Shown here: positions 36,930 through 49,781 of the stretch, piece by piece | Position numbering within the stretch: the first letter of the stretch is position 1 | Layout: each line of letters starts with the position of its first letter | Origin: Azolla caroliniana | Taxonomy: Eukaryota; Plantae; Polypodiophyta | Assembly (NCBI GenBank): GCA_043228905.1 | Contig: JBHGNT010000006.1 | Coordinates: 21,328,001 to 21,392,000, forward strand | Direction of reading: 5' to 3' | DNA: 64,000 nucleotides | The notes under the pieces: model-generated | Told to the model about the DNA's origin: nothing | Database searches by the model: none | The model's input: only the letters and a program-made list of their open reading frames with translations | Program-made: the position numbers and the translations under genes

Positions 36930-39900
36930 AAGAAAGTCAAACTTTGGCCCACTCTCCGGAATATTCGAAAAGTTTGATCATTCCTTGGTTTTGTCGGGTT
37001 TTTGTGAAAATCTCTTCATAATTACTCCCAATTGACGACGTCGTTTACTATTCTTCTTAAAGGTCAAATGCATAAGTCTACAAAACCTATTGTGTGGAAT
37101 GCTACACTAGACCTCGACTTTAAGGAACTCAAGGACTTGGTGTGCAAGGTTCCTTTGCTTCTTTTACCAGATCCTTCAAAACCTTTTCAAGTTGAAACCG
37201 ATGCAAGTGATTATGCTATATGTTTTGTCTTATATCAAGATGGTAAACCAATAGCATTTGAGAGTAAGAAACTTGATTTTGACAGTGTCATGTTAACAAA
37301 GCCAAGAGACTTAAAGCCGCAAGACTTTTACATCCCTTGGACATTCCTAATAATAAGTGGGAAAGTATATCCATGGATTTTATTGTTAGCCTTCCTCGCA
37401 CCCAAAAAGTTCATGATGCAATTTGGGTTGTGGTTGATCGACTAACTAAAATGGCCAGATTTATTGTTACTAAAACCACGGTAACATCTCCTGAATTGGC
37501 TTACCAATTTGTTGATGAGTTATTTCATTTTTATTGGTTACCAATGGATATCGTGAGTGATCGAGATCCAAAGAGCCATGAGCAACTTTGGACACAAGTC
37601 TTTAAGAAGTTAGAAACTACATTGAGCATGAGCTCCACGGATCATCCTCAATCTAATGGACACACAACGAGCAAATCAAATTATTGAGGACAAAACCAAC
37701 AAAATGGGAATGTTGTCACGGAAATCCGCCCGTGCGTGTAAGATTAGGCGGGACCATCGGGGTCTTGAACTAGGGAGTAAGAGGGGAAGTGAGAGCTTAA
37801 CCCTTACGAGCTTTCAAGCACAAAAGAGGAGGAACAAGGCGTGAAGATTGACAAGAGAATGGGCTAGACCGAGCCAAGTTTCACCAAGCAAATTCCATTA
37901 CCAAGACACACAATGATTTACAGCCGCGGCCATATACGCCGGCTCAAGCATAACTAGACGAAACCCTAACCGAATAGTAAAGTAGGAGAAGAATGAAACC
38001 CTAATGGTCTACCCAAAACAACAAAATGATGACCATCTCAAAGTGAAAGCCCTTTATAAAACAGGGTTTGATTACAATGGAGAGGGACAGAAATGGGAAT
38101 TCGTGATGACGATGACCACGAAACACGAGCACACCAAGCATAATCTCGAATACAACGAGAGCACGAGCACACCACATGAACTGAGAACCATATACCACGA
38201 GAGCCGACGACACCAACACCATAAACCTCGAACCACGCAAACGGCGAGCTCACGAACTCGCGACGACGAACGCGGGCACCAACACCATGGACCGAGAATC
38301 ACCCGAACGGCGAGCACACGGGCTCGCAACGACAAATGGAGTGAAGCCACGCCGGACCAACAAGCCTCGGGCTCACGGGCACCAACACCAACACAAGGCC
38401 ACGGACACACCTCAAGATGAGAATGTGAATGAGAGAGATCAAGAACCCATAAGAACAACTGAGCAAGAAAAGAAGAAGTATTGAAACCCTAAACCCTAAA
38501 CCCTAGCTAGAAGAAGACGAGAAAGAACTCATTCACCCTAAACCCAAGAGAAGGTAGAGTTCTAAGTCAACAAGAAAACCCTAAAACCGAAACCCTAATG
38601 GTGCCATCCCCAAAACCCTAGAAAACCCTAGAAATTGAAGAGAAGAAGATAATTCCCCAAACCCTAACTACCTCTCAAACCCCAAAATGGCCGACCCTGA
38701 TGAACCCCTCTCGACCTTTTTTTTATAGCTAAAAAAAGGAAAGAGTTCCCCACATCGTCCCTTCAATACAAAAGGAATAAATTCCTTAAATCACGTTGCA
38801 CCCGCTACTTGGATTCAAACCATGTACCTTAAGTTAGGGGATAGTACATCTATCCACTAGCCCTTTCACTTCCTATTACTTATATAATAAGTAAACATCT
38901 AGAAAAGCATACTCTCTACTCCCTACTTTTCACCTCTCCTCTCTCTTACCTTTTACACGAAACCCTATACCTCCTTTTCACCCTTCCTTTTCCCTTTTCT
39001 TTTTTTATGTGCACACACATTGCACATGCACATTTTGACCCCCCTTTCGCCAGTTTTTCCCACACTCGAGCACGCCACATCACGACAACGTTATCTCCCA
39101 ATTTTGGAGTTTGCTTATAACAACTCCAAGCATACATCAACAGGATATAGTCCTTTTATGTTGGTGTATGGTTCTTAGCCATGAGCCCTGATTGATGTTA
39201 ATATACATCATGATGAGTTGCGAAGTACGCAAAACTTTCTTCGGGATATGCAAGATATGTTGCATATTGCACGAGATAATATAAAAACAGCTCAAGATAG
39301 AGTGCGTTTTTATGCCGATCATAATAGGCAACCTCATGTATTCAACCCTGGATAGAAGGCATTTTTACGTGTACCTCACAATTCTAAGACATTGTCTACG
39401 GGTAAGTGTGTTAAGTTAGCCCCACGGTTTTGTGGACCTTTTTATAGTCCTCAAATGCATTGGTTCATTAGCCTATCATCTCGCTCTTCCTGATGGCATT
39501 GACATCCATCCAAGTTTTCATGTAAGTCGTCTAAAAGAACTTCTAGGTTTTGGCAACAACACAATGATAGCTAAAACTTTGGTTGCTTCTGAAGGATTAT
39601 CTTCTAAACCACATGTACCAGAAAGAATTCTCCATGTTAAAACAAAAAATTTGCGTTCTAAAATAATCCAAGAATTTAAAATTAATTCTCAGAACTAACT
39701 CCCCTAACTTTCCATTTCAAGTGCAATGTTGTAAAGAGGGAGAATATGTTACGGGCATGACCATATAATATCATGTGGTGAGAATTTACCGTAGTATTCT
39801 ATACACGTGGATAAAGTGTGAGAGTTAAACAAGAGTGTAAAGAAGAGGAGGATTACTTTTAATCCTCGAGATTGAGACAACCTATTAGGCCAAGTGTGAA

Positions 39901-40200
39901 CTTGCTAGGGGGCCCTAGGACTGGCTATAAATATGAGGCCTAGCTACCATCATTTGACACATTATCGACTACGTTGAGACTCTGACATTGTGGTGGGTCA
40001 ACTCTTGTAGCGAGCGCGCCAACACCAGGTATGACTCGACACCACAACGGTGGTATGGGACGCCGATCGAGGGTCGAGTTCATCTCGATCCCTTCGCTTG
40101 GGGTGGTCGGGTGGATCGGCACCCTTCTTTCTCTCTCTGCTTTCTTAATTATCTATTTTTAATCCTTATCATATGCTTACATTAGATCATAGCTCTAAAA
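36930..40200 (+). mobile_element. Chromovirus-type gypsy fragment: RT end, RNaseH, INT, truncated chromodomain-like tail, PPT and 3' LTR 39747-40200
   Basis: LPDPSKPFQVETDASDYAI, WESISMDFI...VVVDRLTKMARF, IHPSFHVSRLK, PERILHVKTK; purine tract before TGTTACGGG. Confidence 0.85.
37714..39087. mobile_element. Solo LTR of the TGTC...GACA gypsy family, inserted in the chromovirus integrase
   Basis: TGTCACGG...CACGACA; flanks ATGT/ACGT; host frame KWE(R)YLPILEFAYNN rejoins across it. Confidence 0.85.
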
Positions 40201-43200
40201 ATACCTCTTCCCCAAACAATGTATGGTTTGTAGACTCTAGAGCGTCCACGTCTCACGAAGATTGGTTCCGATAGTTTAGAAAGCCCGATCTACCCAGCTA
40301 TGTCGAAACCGGAGATGGCACAACCCAACTGATTCAGCATATCGGAAATGTCGCATTCGTAAATGACGAGAATCAAACCTACCCCAAGAATGTCTTGCAT
40401 GTTCCAGCCATCACGAGAAACCTGGTTTCGGTCGGCCAGACTGTCGAACAACGCATGCAAGTACTATTCAATAATTATGTGTGCTTTATTGCAAAAGAAG
40501 GTCAACTAGTAGCTCACAGTCGAAGAGATGGCCGTATGTTCATCCTCGAATGAACGAAGTGAAGTTGGCTATGTTCGCAAAAGGTCTTAAAGTCGAAACT
40601 GACTTGAAATTGTGGCACAAATGAATTGGCCACATCAATCTCCAGAAGCTCAAATGAATGCAGTCGAAAGGAGTCGTCATCTAACTCCCGACTTTTACCG
40701 AAAAGGTGATGATGTGTATATGTGAAGCTTGTCAATTTGGCAAACAACACTGACAACCGTTCCCGAAAGAGAGGAATGTGAGCAAAGGGATCCTGGATGT
40801 AGTACATTAAGATGTATGGGGACTAGCCCAAACGGCAACATTCAGTGGTTGTCGATATTCTGTCACGTTTATCGACAACTTCTCCAGGCATACCTAGATT
40901 TAGCCTATGCGACAAAAGAGTGAACTGTTCGGACACTTCCAAAAGTTTAAAAACGAAGTCGGAAAGCGTATAGTCGGCATGTCCGATTCCTTCGATCGGA
41001 TGGAGGCAAGGAGTATTTCTCAGATGAATTTATAGTGTATCTCCGAAAGGGAGGAGTTTAATGAGAATTCTCACGCCGACACACACCTCAACAAAATAGA
41101 GTAGTTGAACGCAAGAATCGGCACATAGTAGAGGTGCTAAGGGAAATGATTAACGAGAAGAACCTGCCAAAGTCATACTAGGCAAAAGCGGCTAACATAG
41201 TCGGCTATCTCGTGAATAGGTGTACAACCTCTAGGGTACACGATGTAACCCCTCACGAGAAGTTCTTCAGAAAGAAGCTGGATTTATCGCACATCTGGAT
41301 ATATTCAGCTTAATCGCCTATGTACATAATCCCGACGAGAAGGGACAAAAGCTTGATCCGAAGTCGACGAAATGCATCTTCGTAGGGTACTCACTCGAAC
41401 AAAAAGGTTACAAATCATACAATCCATCCACCTGAAAAGTTTGAGTGAGTCGAGACGTTGTTTTCGACGAGTCGGCATCCTGGTACAAACCAGAGACGAC
41501 TCTGATCCTGACCCCAATCGACCTGGAATCAGCAGAACGAGAGATAGAAGACAAAGATCCACTGAGGTGCATGTTTGAAGACAGTCCAATTATGACAAGG
41601 CTGAGTGGACCACAAGATCCCCCGAGTGATCAAAGCACATCTCAGCCGAGTTCGAGCATGGACAAAGGGAAGGCCAAAATGCCAAAATACGAAGATCCGA
41701 TTGACAACGAGTCAACTCACTCCCTTGATAGTGAGTTCAAAGGCCTTGACATCCTAATCATCCAAATGAATGGAGCAAAGAAAGCCTTAGTTTCTGCACA
41801 AGAAGCTTCGTCGCTCCACCCGAGAGAAAAATCTTGTTAGCCGATTTGGCTATGATGAGTATATTGCATATCGTTATACCTTTATGTTGAAGGTGGCAAC
41901 AATCTGAGAACCAGAAAACTTTTCCGAGGAAACCAAGGATCCATGATGGATCGAAGCCATGAACAAGGAAATGCGGGCACTTTGCAAAAATGAGGCATGG
42001 GATCTCGTTCCCCGTTCACCACACAAGAAACCCATCGGTTGTAGATGGATCTATAAGGTTAAATATAATGTTGACAGTTCAGTAAGTCACTACGAGGCAC
42101 GACTCGTAGCTAAGGGATATTCTCAAACACATGGAGTCGATACCCTAGTGGCAAAGATGATGACTATTTGGATAGTCATTGCTCTCGTGGCTGCAAAAGG
42201 GTGGCACCTCCACCAAATGGACATAAAGAACACCTTCCTACAAGGAGAATTAGAAGAGGAGGTTTTCATGATTCAACCACCCGGTTTCGACAATAGTCTG
42301 GTAACGCAAGAAGCCAATATATGGACTCAAGCAAGCACTGTGTCCTTGGGATTCGAAGATCACCTAGTATCTTCATCAAATCGGCTTCTGAATGTCGAAA
42401 TCGGATAAATCCCTATACATCAAAAACGAGTTGAAGAACCCAATTTTCATCATCCTATACGTGGATGACATAGTCATCGGAGGAAAGAATCTAGCCGACA
42501 TTACTAAGGTCAAATCACTCCTATCCGGCAGATTCGAAATGAAAGATATGCACGAGCTCCATTACTTCCTCAGTATCGATGTAATTCGGATACCAGTCGG
42601 GATATTGATCTCTCAACGACACTACATTCTCAACTTGCTCTACAAGTTCGAGATGACTGAGTGCAAACCTGTGTCTACCCCTCTCGATCGAAACCTCAAA
42701 CTCGATGCTGATTCGGGAATACAAGATTGCAAGCCTACTCATTATCGTGAACTCATCGACAGCTTAATCTATCTAACCATCACCCGACCTAACATTAGCT
42801 TTCCGGCCGGTCTACTTAGCAATTTCATGCAGAATACTCGGGATATACATCTCGATTGTGCTAAGACAGTACTCAAGTACGTTCTTGGGATGATGGATTA
42901 TGATTTTATGTATAAGTTGGATACGATCATTCGGCATCAAGGGTACACAGATGCAGACTAGGACAGCTATAAAGCTAACAAATGATCAACATCGGGATTC
43001 GTCTTGTCCCTTGGCAGCAGATCCATCTCCTGGAGTAGTAAAAAGCAACCGACAGTCGCACTATCGAGCATAGAACCCGAATACAAGGGCGCGATTGTCG
43101 CCGCATGCGAAACCGTTTGGCTGAAGCGTATATTGAAGGATTTAGGCGCTCCCATCAAGGATCTGATTCTCCTATACTACGACAACATGAGCAATATTTA

Positions 43201-43924
43201 TCTGGCTCGGAACCCAGTGTTCCACGCGCGCACGAAGCACATTGAAGTACACTATCACTTCATTTTAGAGTGTGTTCATGCCAGAGATGTCGACCTACAA
43301 CACATCAACACGAACCTTCAGGCTACCGACAACTTCACAAAAGCCTTAGGAGTCGACAAGCTCAAGCAATTTACTTCGAACTTTGGTCTCACGATAGCCG
43401 CATTGCCGAGCTTGAGGGGGAGTATAGTAGCCACCGAATAGTAGTCGATCAATCGATCGAAATCGACCACAGGATTTGAAGTATGATTATGACAATTGAG
43501 TCAAACAAGGACCTCGAAGCAATCGAATAGTCATAGCCGATCCGATCGACCATCTGGCCATAGAACCGAAGAACTCAGAAAGCCGAAACGAAACGAAACA
43601 TCAAGACAACCCCTCCGAAGATCGGAAGTTGTGTTCGAAGGGGTGTGTTGAGAATCGAACCCAACATTCCCAATGAAGTGCTTTCACACTAGCAGTGGAC
43701 ACACTAGGCTAGTTTTGTAAATAACAGAAAGGGTAGTTGCCCTAGAGTAGTTGGTATTAAAACCAACCTTTTGTAACTTAGTTATTGTTGGATGTAATTT
43801 TATTGTTCACTAATATAACTTCTTGTTCTAAGCTCTCTCTCTCTCGCTCTACTTGTCTTACGTACACTCACACATAGTTCACTTCCGCTCCACAATATCA
43901 CCTACTCTTTCCACTTCTTTTACA
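40201..43924 (+). mobile_element. Decayed copia pol with 3' LTR (43646-43924), related to the element at 11748-22282
   Basis: Protease/INT remnants; RT 41959-42961 (QMDIKNTFLQG, LYVDDI); RNaseH 43004-43441; PPT before TGTTGAG. Confidence 0.88.
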
Positions 43925-44322
43925 GAAGGCAATATGTAGACTTTGGTGGGTTAAATGAAGGCAATGTGAATATGTAGAAATGACAATCATCATTTGGCTT
44001 TGACCAAGTATAACTCTCCCTCTCTCTCTATGTGTGTGTGTGTGTTACAAATATAAGATGACGCTAAATGAATGAGTAAAAATCAAACAAGTGACATGAT
44101 TACCATGAGAAGCAAACGAGTGAACTAGGGACACAAGTGAGAGAGTGAAAGAAGTGTGAACTATGTCAAGGTGCATATTGTTAAGAGCATGTCTATTGAT
44201 TAACAAAGTTCTACCTCCACGTCGATGTTGTGAGCCAAGGATTTTAACCACAATTGTTGTGATATGGTGTGCTCACAAGATGAAAACAATCAAAACTTTG
44301 GGTTTATAAAAGGTTCAAGGTA

Positions 44323-44531
44323 AGGAGGAAGGTACAATCAAGAGGGCATATAATAAGGTTAGGTTAACAAAACAACAAAAAATATTGCTCAACTTGTAAT
44401 AGATCTCTCTAAAACAAAAGATCATAGGAGGAAGGTACAATCAAGAGGGCATATAATAAGATTAGGTTAACAAAACAACAAAAAATATTGCTCAACTTGT
44501 AATAGATCTCTCTAAAACAAAAGATCATAGG
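44323..44531. repeat. Near-perfect two-copy 103-bp tandem duplication
   Basis: AGGAGGAAGGTACAATCAAGAGGG at 44323 and 44426. Confidence 0.9.
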
Positions 44532-45266
44532 TTTGAAACTTGCGACGGCAATATGGGAACTTTGGTGGGTTAAATGAAGCCAATGTGAATAAGTACCGTA
44601 GGCAAGTAAGGATAGGTGCATGGTAAAAGAGAAGTGAATTATTTTTATTTGCAAGAAAAGATCCAAGAGTCTAGAAAAGGGACAAGAGAACTCATTGTCA
44701 AGGATTTCCATTTGGGGGTACTAGTTGGATGTGCTACCAAAAAATTTCTCAAGACCAGGATTACGAATCACATGAGGGCATTCAAGACTGAGACGACGAA
44801 AGGTGAATTTAGCCACTTCATATAATAGACTTTAGATTTTTATTTTGGTTTTAGCCATTAATTATCATAAGACTTTTGATGTAATATAAAAATTTCATAC
44901 CTAAAAAAATGATTATGTAATCCTACTAACTTGTTTAAATGACAATCAAACGAGGATCATAACATATTTTTTAGCTTGAAACTCCAAGCATAGTGTTATG
45001 ATTTCGACAAAAGACGAATTCGGGAATTTTGCATCGAAAGATTTGTAATGCCAAGTCACAGTAGGATTTGTAATGCCACGACAAAGAGGTCATTGTGAGA
45101 GCCATGACAAAAATTTTAGAATGTGAATCCAAGCCTTGAGAAGAAACTTGCAAATGAAAGATCGATTTTCAAATGACAAGAGTCAAACTTGGCACACCAA
45201 TTAAGTTTCGAGTTTGCGAAAAGTGCTACTTCTAGAAGCTCCCAAAAAAAAATCCCTGATTTTAGG

Positions 45267-45823
45267 TGTCAAGTCCCCCAATCAAGGAATTAATACTTTC
45301 ATCGAAGCAAGGAAAGGCTTGGTAAGAGTTGTTAAGGGTTTAGGGATAGGGTTCATGATAATGATGATGGTAATGGTGCTTGTGATGATTAGCATTGCGG
45401 GATGTGTTAGGATGATGTTGAGAATCATTGCAGGCTGGGGGGTGGTGCCTAGAATGGCTCCACCCCCTCCCAAGGGGGTTCAACGTGAGGGATAGAGAGA
45501 GAGAAAGAGAGACGTCACAAAGAGAGAGAGAGAGAGAGAGATGCGAGAGAACTTCCTTCCTTTCTCATTCATTCCCCCAAGAGGGGTTAAATAGTTACAA
45601 TAAGATTAGATACATAGGGGTACATACCCCTTTAGCCATCCACACTAATCACTCACTCAAACCTCTTCTTATCTGTTCACATGCACACACATGTGCATGT
45701 GTTCACATACACATCTACTCACATTGACAATTACACTTTGCACATTTACACATACACATCAACACTTTACTCTTCCACCCTCACTTGTCATTCTTAAATC
45801 TCCGTACATCTCCTACGGTAACA
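45267..45823. repeat. LTR-like element; its 45328-45530 segment recurs at about 47575-47750
   Basis: TGTC...GTAACA ends; shared TGTTAAGGGTTTAGGG...GGGGGTTCAACGTGAG(AG)n block. Confidence 0.5.
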
Positions 45824-46034
45824 CATTATGGCTCACCCGTGGGATAGTGCCTTGCACGTCGACCCACATGCCTTGATCATCATCTTCAATATCTTGTTCA
45901 ACCGTAACTCCATCGGTCTTCTCTGCGATCGACTCCCTCAATCGAAATGCTTGACCCGAACATCTTTGTCGGTTAGCAAATCTTTCTTGACACGAACATT
46001 CCCATTGTCGCGGTTTTCCACGGTTATGTGTTGA

Positions 46035-46504
46035 AACGGGCCAGAACACAGACACAGAACGATGGGCCTCTAGTCAAGAGCAAATAGGCTTCCTACGTGT
46101 GTTGAGGCCTCCACCTTCTTGAAACCAGCACATGTCAAAAATAGAGGGAATGACAGAGCTCGAAACTCAAATCGACAACACTTCGTTCTCCAATTCCTAG
46201 ATGCCCACAACAATTCAAATCCTTCCCTTTTATTGCCCAAAAGGGGAGGGAAGGCATTACACCTTCCATGAAACAGTTGATTTTGCCTGTGATTCTCACC
46301 TCAATTTTTCACACGTTTCATTCCCCTCTTTATGTGGGACATTAAAGTACCTATCTAAATCATGCTGCCTAGAACTTATTAGTCCTATAATATTTACTAT
46401 GTTCATGTACATATATATAAGGCCTTGTTCTTGTGCCTCCTTGCACACGCTCGTTCCCACGCATTCGGCTCCCTTTTCTCGTATGGCCGGAATCCGTCAC
46501 GACA
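46035..46504. repeat. Partial LTR of the TGTC...GACA gypsy family
   Basis: Colinear with about 32550-33003 (GCTTCCTAC, AGTACCTATCTAAATCA); ends CACGACA. Confidence 0.7.
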
Positions 46505-48539
46505 CCGTTCTGTCGGCTCAACTTCAACGACACGAACATCTCATTTTGTCGGCACACGAACTTCGTCATGGGCCCAAAATCACGTTGTGTGTATGTGTGT
46601 TCTCCTTGTATTTTGTGAGTTGTTGTTGTGAGTCGATCTATGTCCATTTCCTCCAGGTTGAGGATTTTTAAAAATTAGGTATTGTACCCTCAAGTTTTTA
46701 AAATTTCATTCGATACCCTTAAGATTTCGAAATTTCGCTGATGCCCTGCGGTTTTGAAAATTGTATTATGTACCCTGACGTTTTTGGAATTTTGTTGGAT
46801 ACCCCTACCTTTCTCTTTTGCCCTTTCTTTTTATTTATTTATTTATTTTTTATTATTATTCCCCTTCTCTCTCCTGCTTCTTCTGTCTCTCCCGCTCGCT
46901 TCTCCAAGTTTTTCTTTTTCTGTCTTACTCAGATCTCTCGTTGACTCTCCATCCTCTTTTTCTTCTTGTTTTTACGTTACTATCCTTTTGTTTCTGTCTT
47001 CATCTCGCTTTCTTCTTCTTCTTCTTCTTCTTCTTCCTGCGTTTTCCTACCTCTTCATCTCCTTCTTCTTCTGCTTCATCTTTCTTTTCTCTTTCTTCTT
47101 CCTCCTTCTGCCACCGCTATGCTATGTCCGTTGTCCGTCGAAATAGACCCAACATAAAACCAACAAAACACACTCCAATAGAAGTAAGACCTTTAGTTCG
47201 CAGCGAAATCTGCCATTTCCCACTCCCATTCCTCGCACACTCACTCGGGACATATTGCCGCCATTCCCTCGCACACATTTATGGCAAAACACTGACCAAC
47301 TAGTACATACACGTATATATAGACATTTGTTCGTTGCACAATTGTTCGGGCAATCAATCTGCCATTTCTCGCTTCTCCACTTACTTTTGTTTCTGGCATA
47401 GTGTCTGTCGCCATCTCTCGCACATTTTCGCCACAATTTGCGGCTTCTCTCGCACATCGTTGTCGCCATTCGCCGCACATGGTTGATTCGATTTCCCGCT
47501 CTCTTACATATTGCCACCGCGTCTCTTCATTGGCTTCTTCCAAAGGGGTACGCCGTTGTGGTCGCCAAAATAAGTGTTAAGGGTTTAGGGTTGGGGTTGA
47601 TGATAATGATGAATGTTAATGGTGTGTGTGATGATTAGCATTGCAGGATGTGTTAGAATGATGTTGAGAAACATTGCGGGCTGGGGGATGGTGCCTAGAA
47701 TACACCACCCTCCTAAGGGGGTTCAACGTGAGAGAGAGAGAGAGAGAGAGAGAAGAGAGTAGGAGAGAGTAGGAGAGAAGAGAGAGAGAGGGAGGAAAAA
47801 ACGCAAGAGTGGAGAAGGGAAGAAGAAGCAAATTTGTTTTTATTGCTACGCTCTCTATCGGTAACAGAATTGAGCACAAAGACAAGCGTTGGAAAGCCCT
47901 CGAGTAGAGCTTCGCAAGAGATATAGTAAGTTGAATTTGGCGGTTTGTACGAGAAGGAGCGATAGCAATAAGGAATCTTGTGTTGTCGGCATCCACATAA
48001 TCAAAACTCATTGTGGGTCTTTGATTGCTTTCAAAATCTTCGACCTCTTCAATCGGGGGAGTTCTGATTTTCTCTCTTGTTCATGGAAAATTGTTTTTAT
48101 CCTGGATCGATATAATGATGGACATAAACATGAATTCCTCACAAATTGTGGGGGATATTGATATAGAAACAATTGATCCAAAAAAGAGTAATGTGATGGT
48201 TGAATGTAATCGTGAAAGGGAAGACATTGGAAGCTCTAAGAGGTTTAAGGGAATTGAAGAAATTAATGAGAAAAAATGAACATATGCCAAAATAATACAT
48301 GTAGATGAAGTTGACAAGGATCACTGTAATTGGGATAATTTATGGGGAATTGCCAATACCTTATTGTCGAATATTGTGGAAGAAAATAAAAATGCAGCGA
48401 AAGAATGCATTGAAGAGGATGTGCATGATGTGGAAGTTGATGCTAAGGCAGTTTTGTAATCATTTGATGTATTCTATGATCGTGCTGTTATTTATTTTTT
48501 ACCGGCAAACTCCTATATGTTAATTGGATTAAACAATGG

Positions 48540-49526
48540 TTGAACACAATCGTGTCACCAAATTGTGTTGAAAATATATATGTGGGACCACGAGGGTTTT
48601 ATGATGTGGTATTTCTTTCACCGGAGCATCGAAGTGCATTGTTGGGTAAAATTCCTGTGTTTTTTAATAAACGATTGGTGCATGTTATGCAATGGTCCCC
48701 CGTAGTGGACTATCATGCTTTGTTAAAACAAGAATGTCCTGTTTGGGTTACAGTGGATTGTAAGCATGCTTTTTTATGGCCACTTTTACCAGAGTTGATG
48801 AGTCAAATGGGTAAAGTGTTGGTATCTCCAAATGCAAATGCTACAAATAAGTGCAAATTTTGTGTGTTATGGGATACAAGTCACAAGAGGCCAAGATGGG
48901 TGCGTATGAATGCTGATGGTATGAGAAGTCTTTGTTTTAAACTGAAGTGGGAGACATTTGCAGGTCATTGTTTTGGATGTGGTGAATGGGGTCACTTTAT
49001 GGCGGAATGCCACGGTCATTGTCCTTCAACTACAGAGGTTCCTATTGAAGGGAACGATAAGGAAGGAGTTGGGAGAGATGTTGGAGTGTCAGATTTTGTG
49101 GATGAAGGAACATCACCTAGAGCAGGTTATAAAGAGGTCTCACTTCAAGGTTTGGGCCATAAGAATAAGGGAATTGAATCTATGGATATGGAAAAACAAA
49201 GTTTAGTGGTTAAAGATAAGGGGAAAAAACCGTTCGATAGAGCTAGTAGTGATGTTGTTGACAAACATTGGCATGAGGTTAAGGGCAAGTCGAAAGGGAA
49301 ATCAATGAATATGCAGCATAGTAGCTTGCCCACTACTCGTGTGACTACTTGGCAAGGTAATTCAGGAATTAGGGAGGGCCCTCGAAAAGTTCCTTGGCAA
49401 CAACAATCTAGGGATAAGGGATTACCCCTTCACCTTCAATTTGATTCATTGGGACGAGTTGTAAATTCATCGAATTCTCGAGGTTTTCATCAAGCAGGAG
49501 GACCTAAAAAAAAAAGATTTCGGTAG
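48540..49526 (+). pseudogene. LINE ORF1 remnant (gag-like, CCHC knuckle)
   Basis: CX2CX4HX4C motif and PVWV motif; the 5' part is frameshifted. Confidence 0.8.
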
Positions 49527-49781
49527 ACAACCCTAAGGATGTGGTGCATGAAAATCCATATGTAGCATTGGAGCATGCTTTGACTAGTTTCATGACATCG
49601 GTTGCTCTAAAGGAGCAAGTTCTCCCATAACATTGTTGATTGAATGAAAGTGGTAACATAGAATGTAAGAGGGGCATGTTCTCCTCATAAGAAGTATATA
49701 CTATGGGAAACTTTGTTAAGTAGAGAATGGGATGTAGTATGTGCAGTTGAGCATTAGTGTCATGAGTTAGCAGGATCCACA

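Noticed and set aside
38004-38458. His/Thr/Arg-rich and antisense Cys/Val-rich ORFs
   Set aside because: Lie within a solo LTR made of degenerate short repeats.
38484-38505. Interstitial telomere or chromosome fusion scar
   Set aside because: Only three units, inside an LTR whose relatives carry the same motifs; treated as telo-boxes.
46741-47303. Hydrophobic Phe/Leu/Ser-rich ORFs resembling membrane proteins
   Set aside because: Translation of CT/CTT low-complexity sequence.
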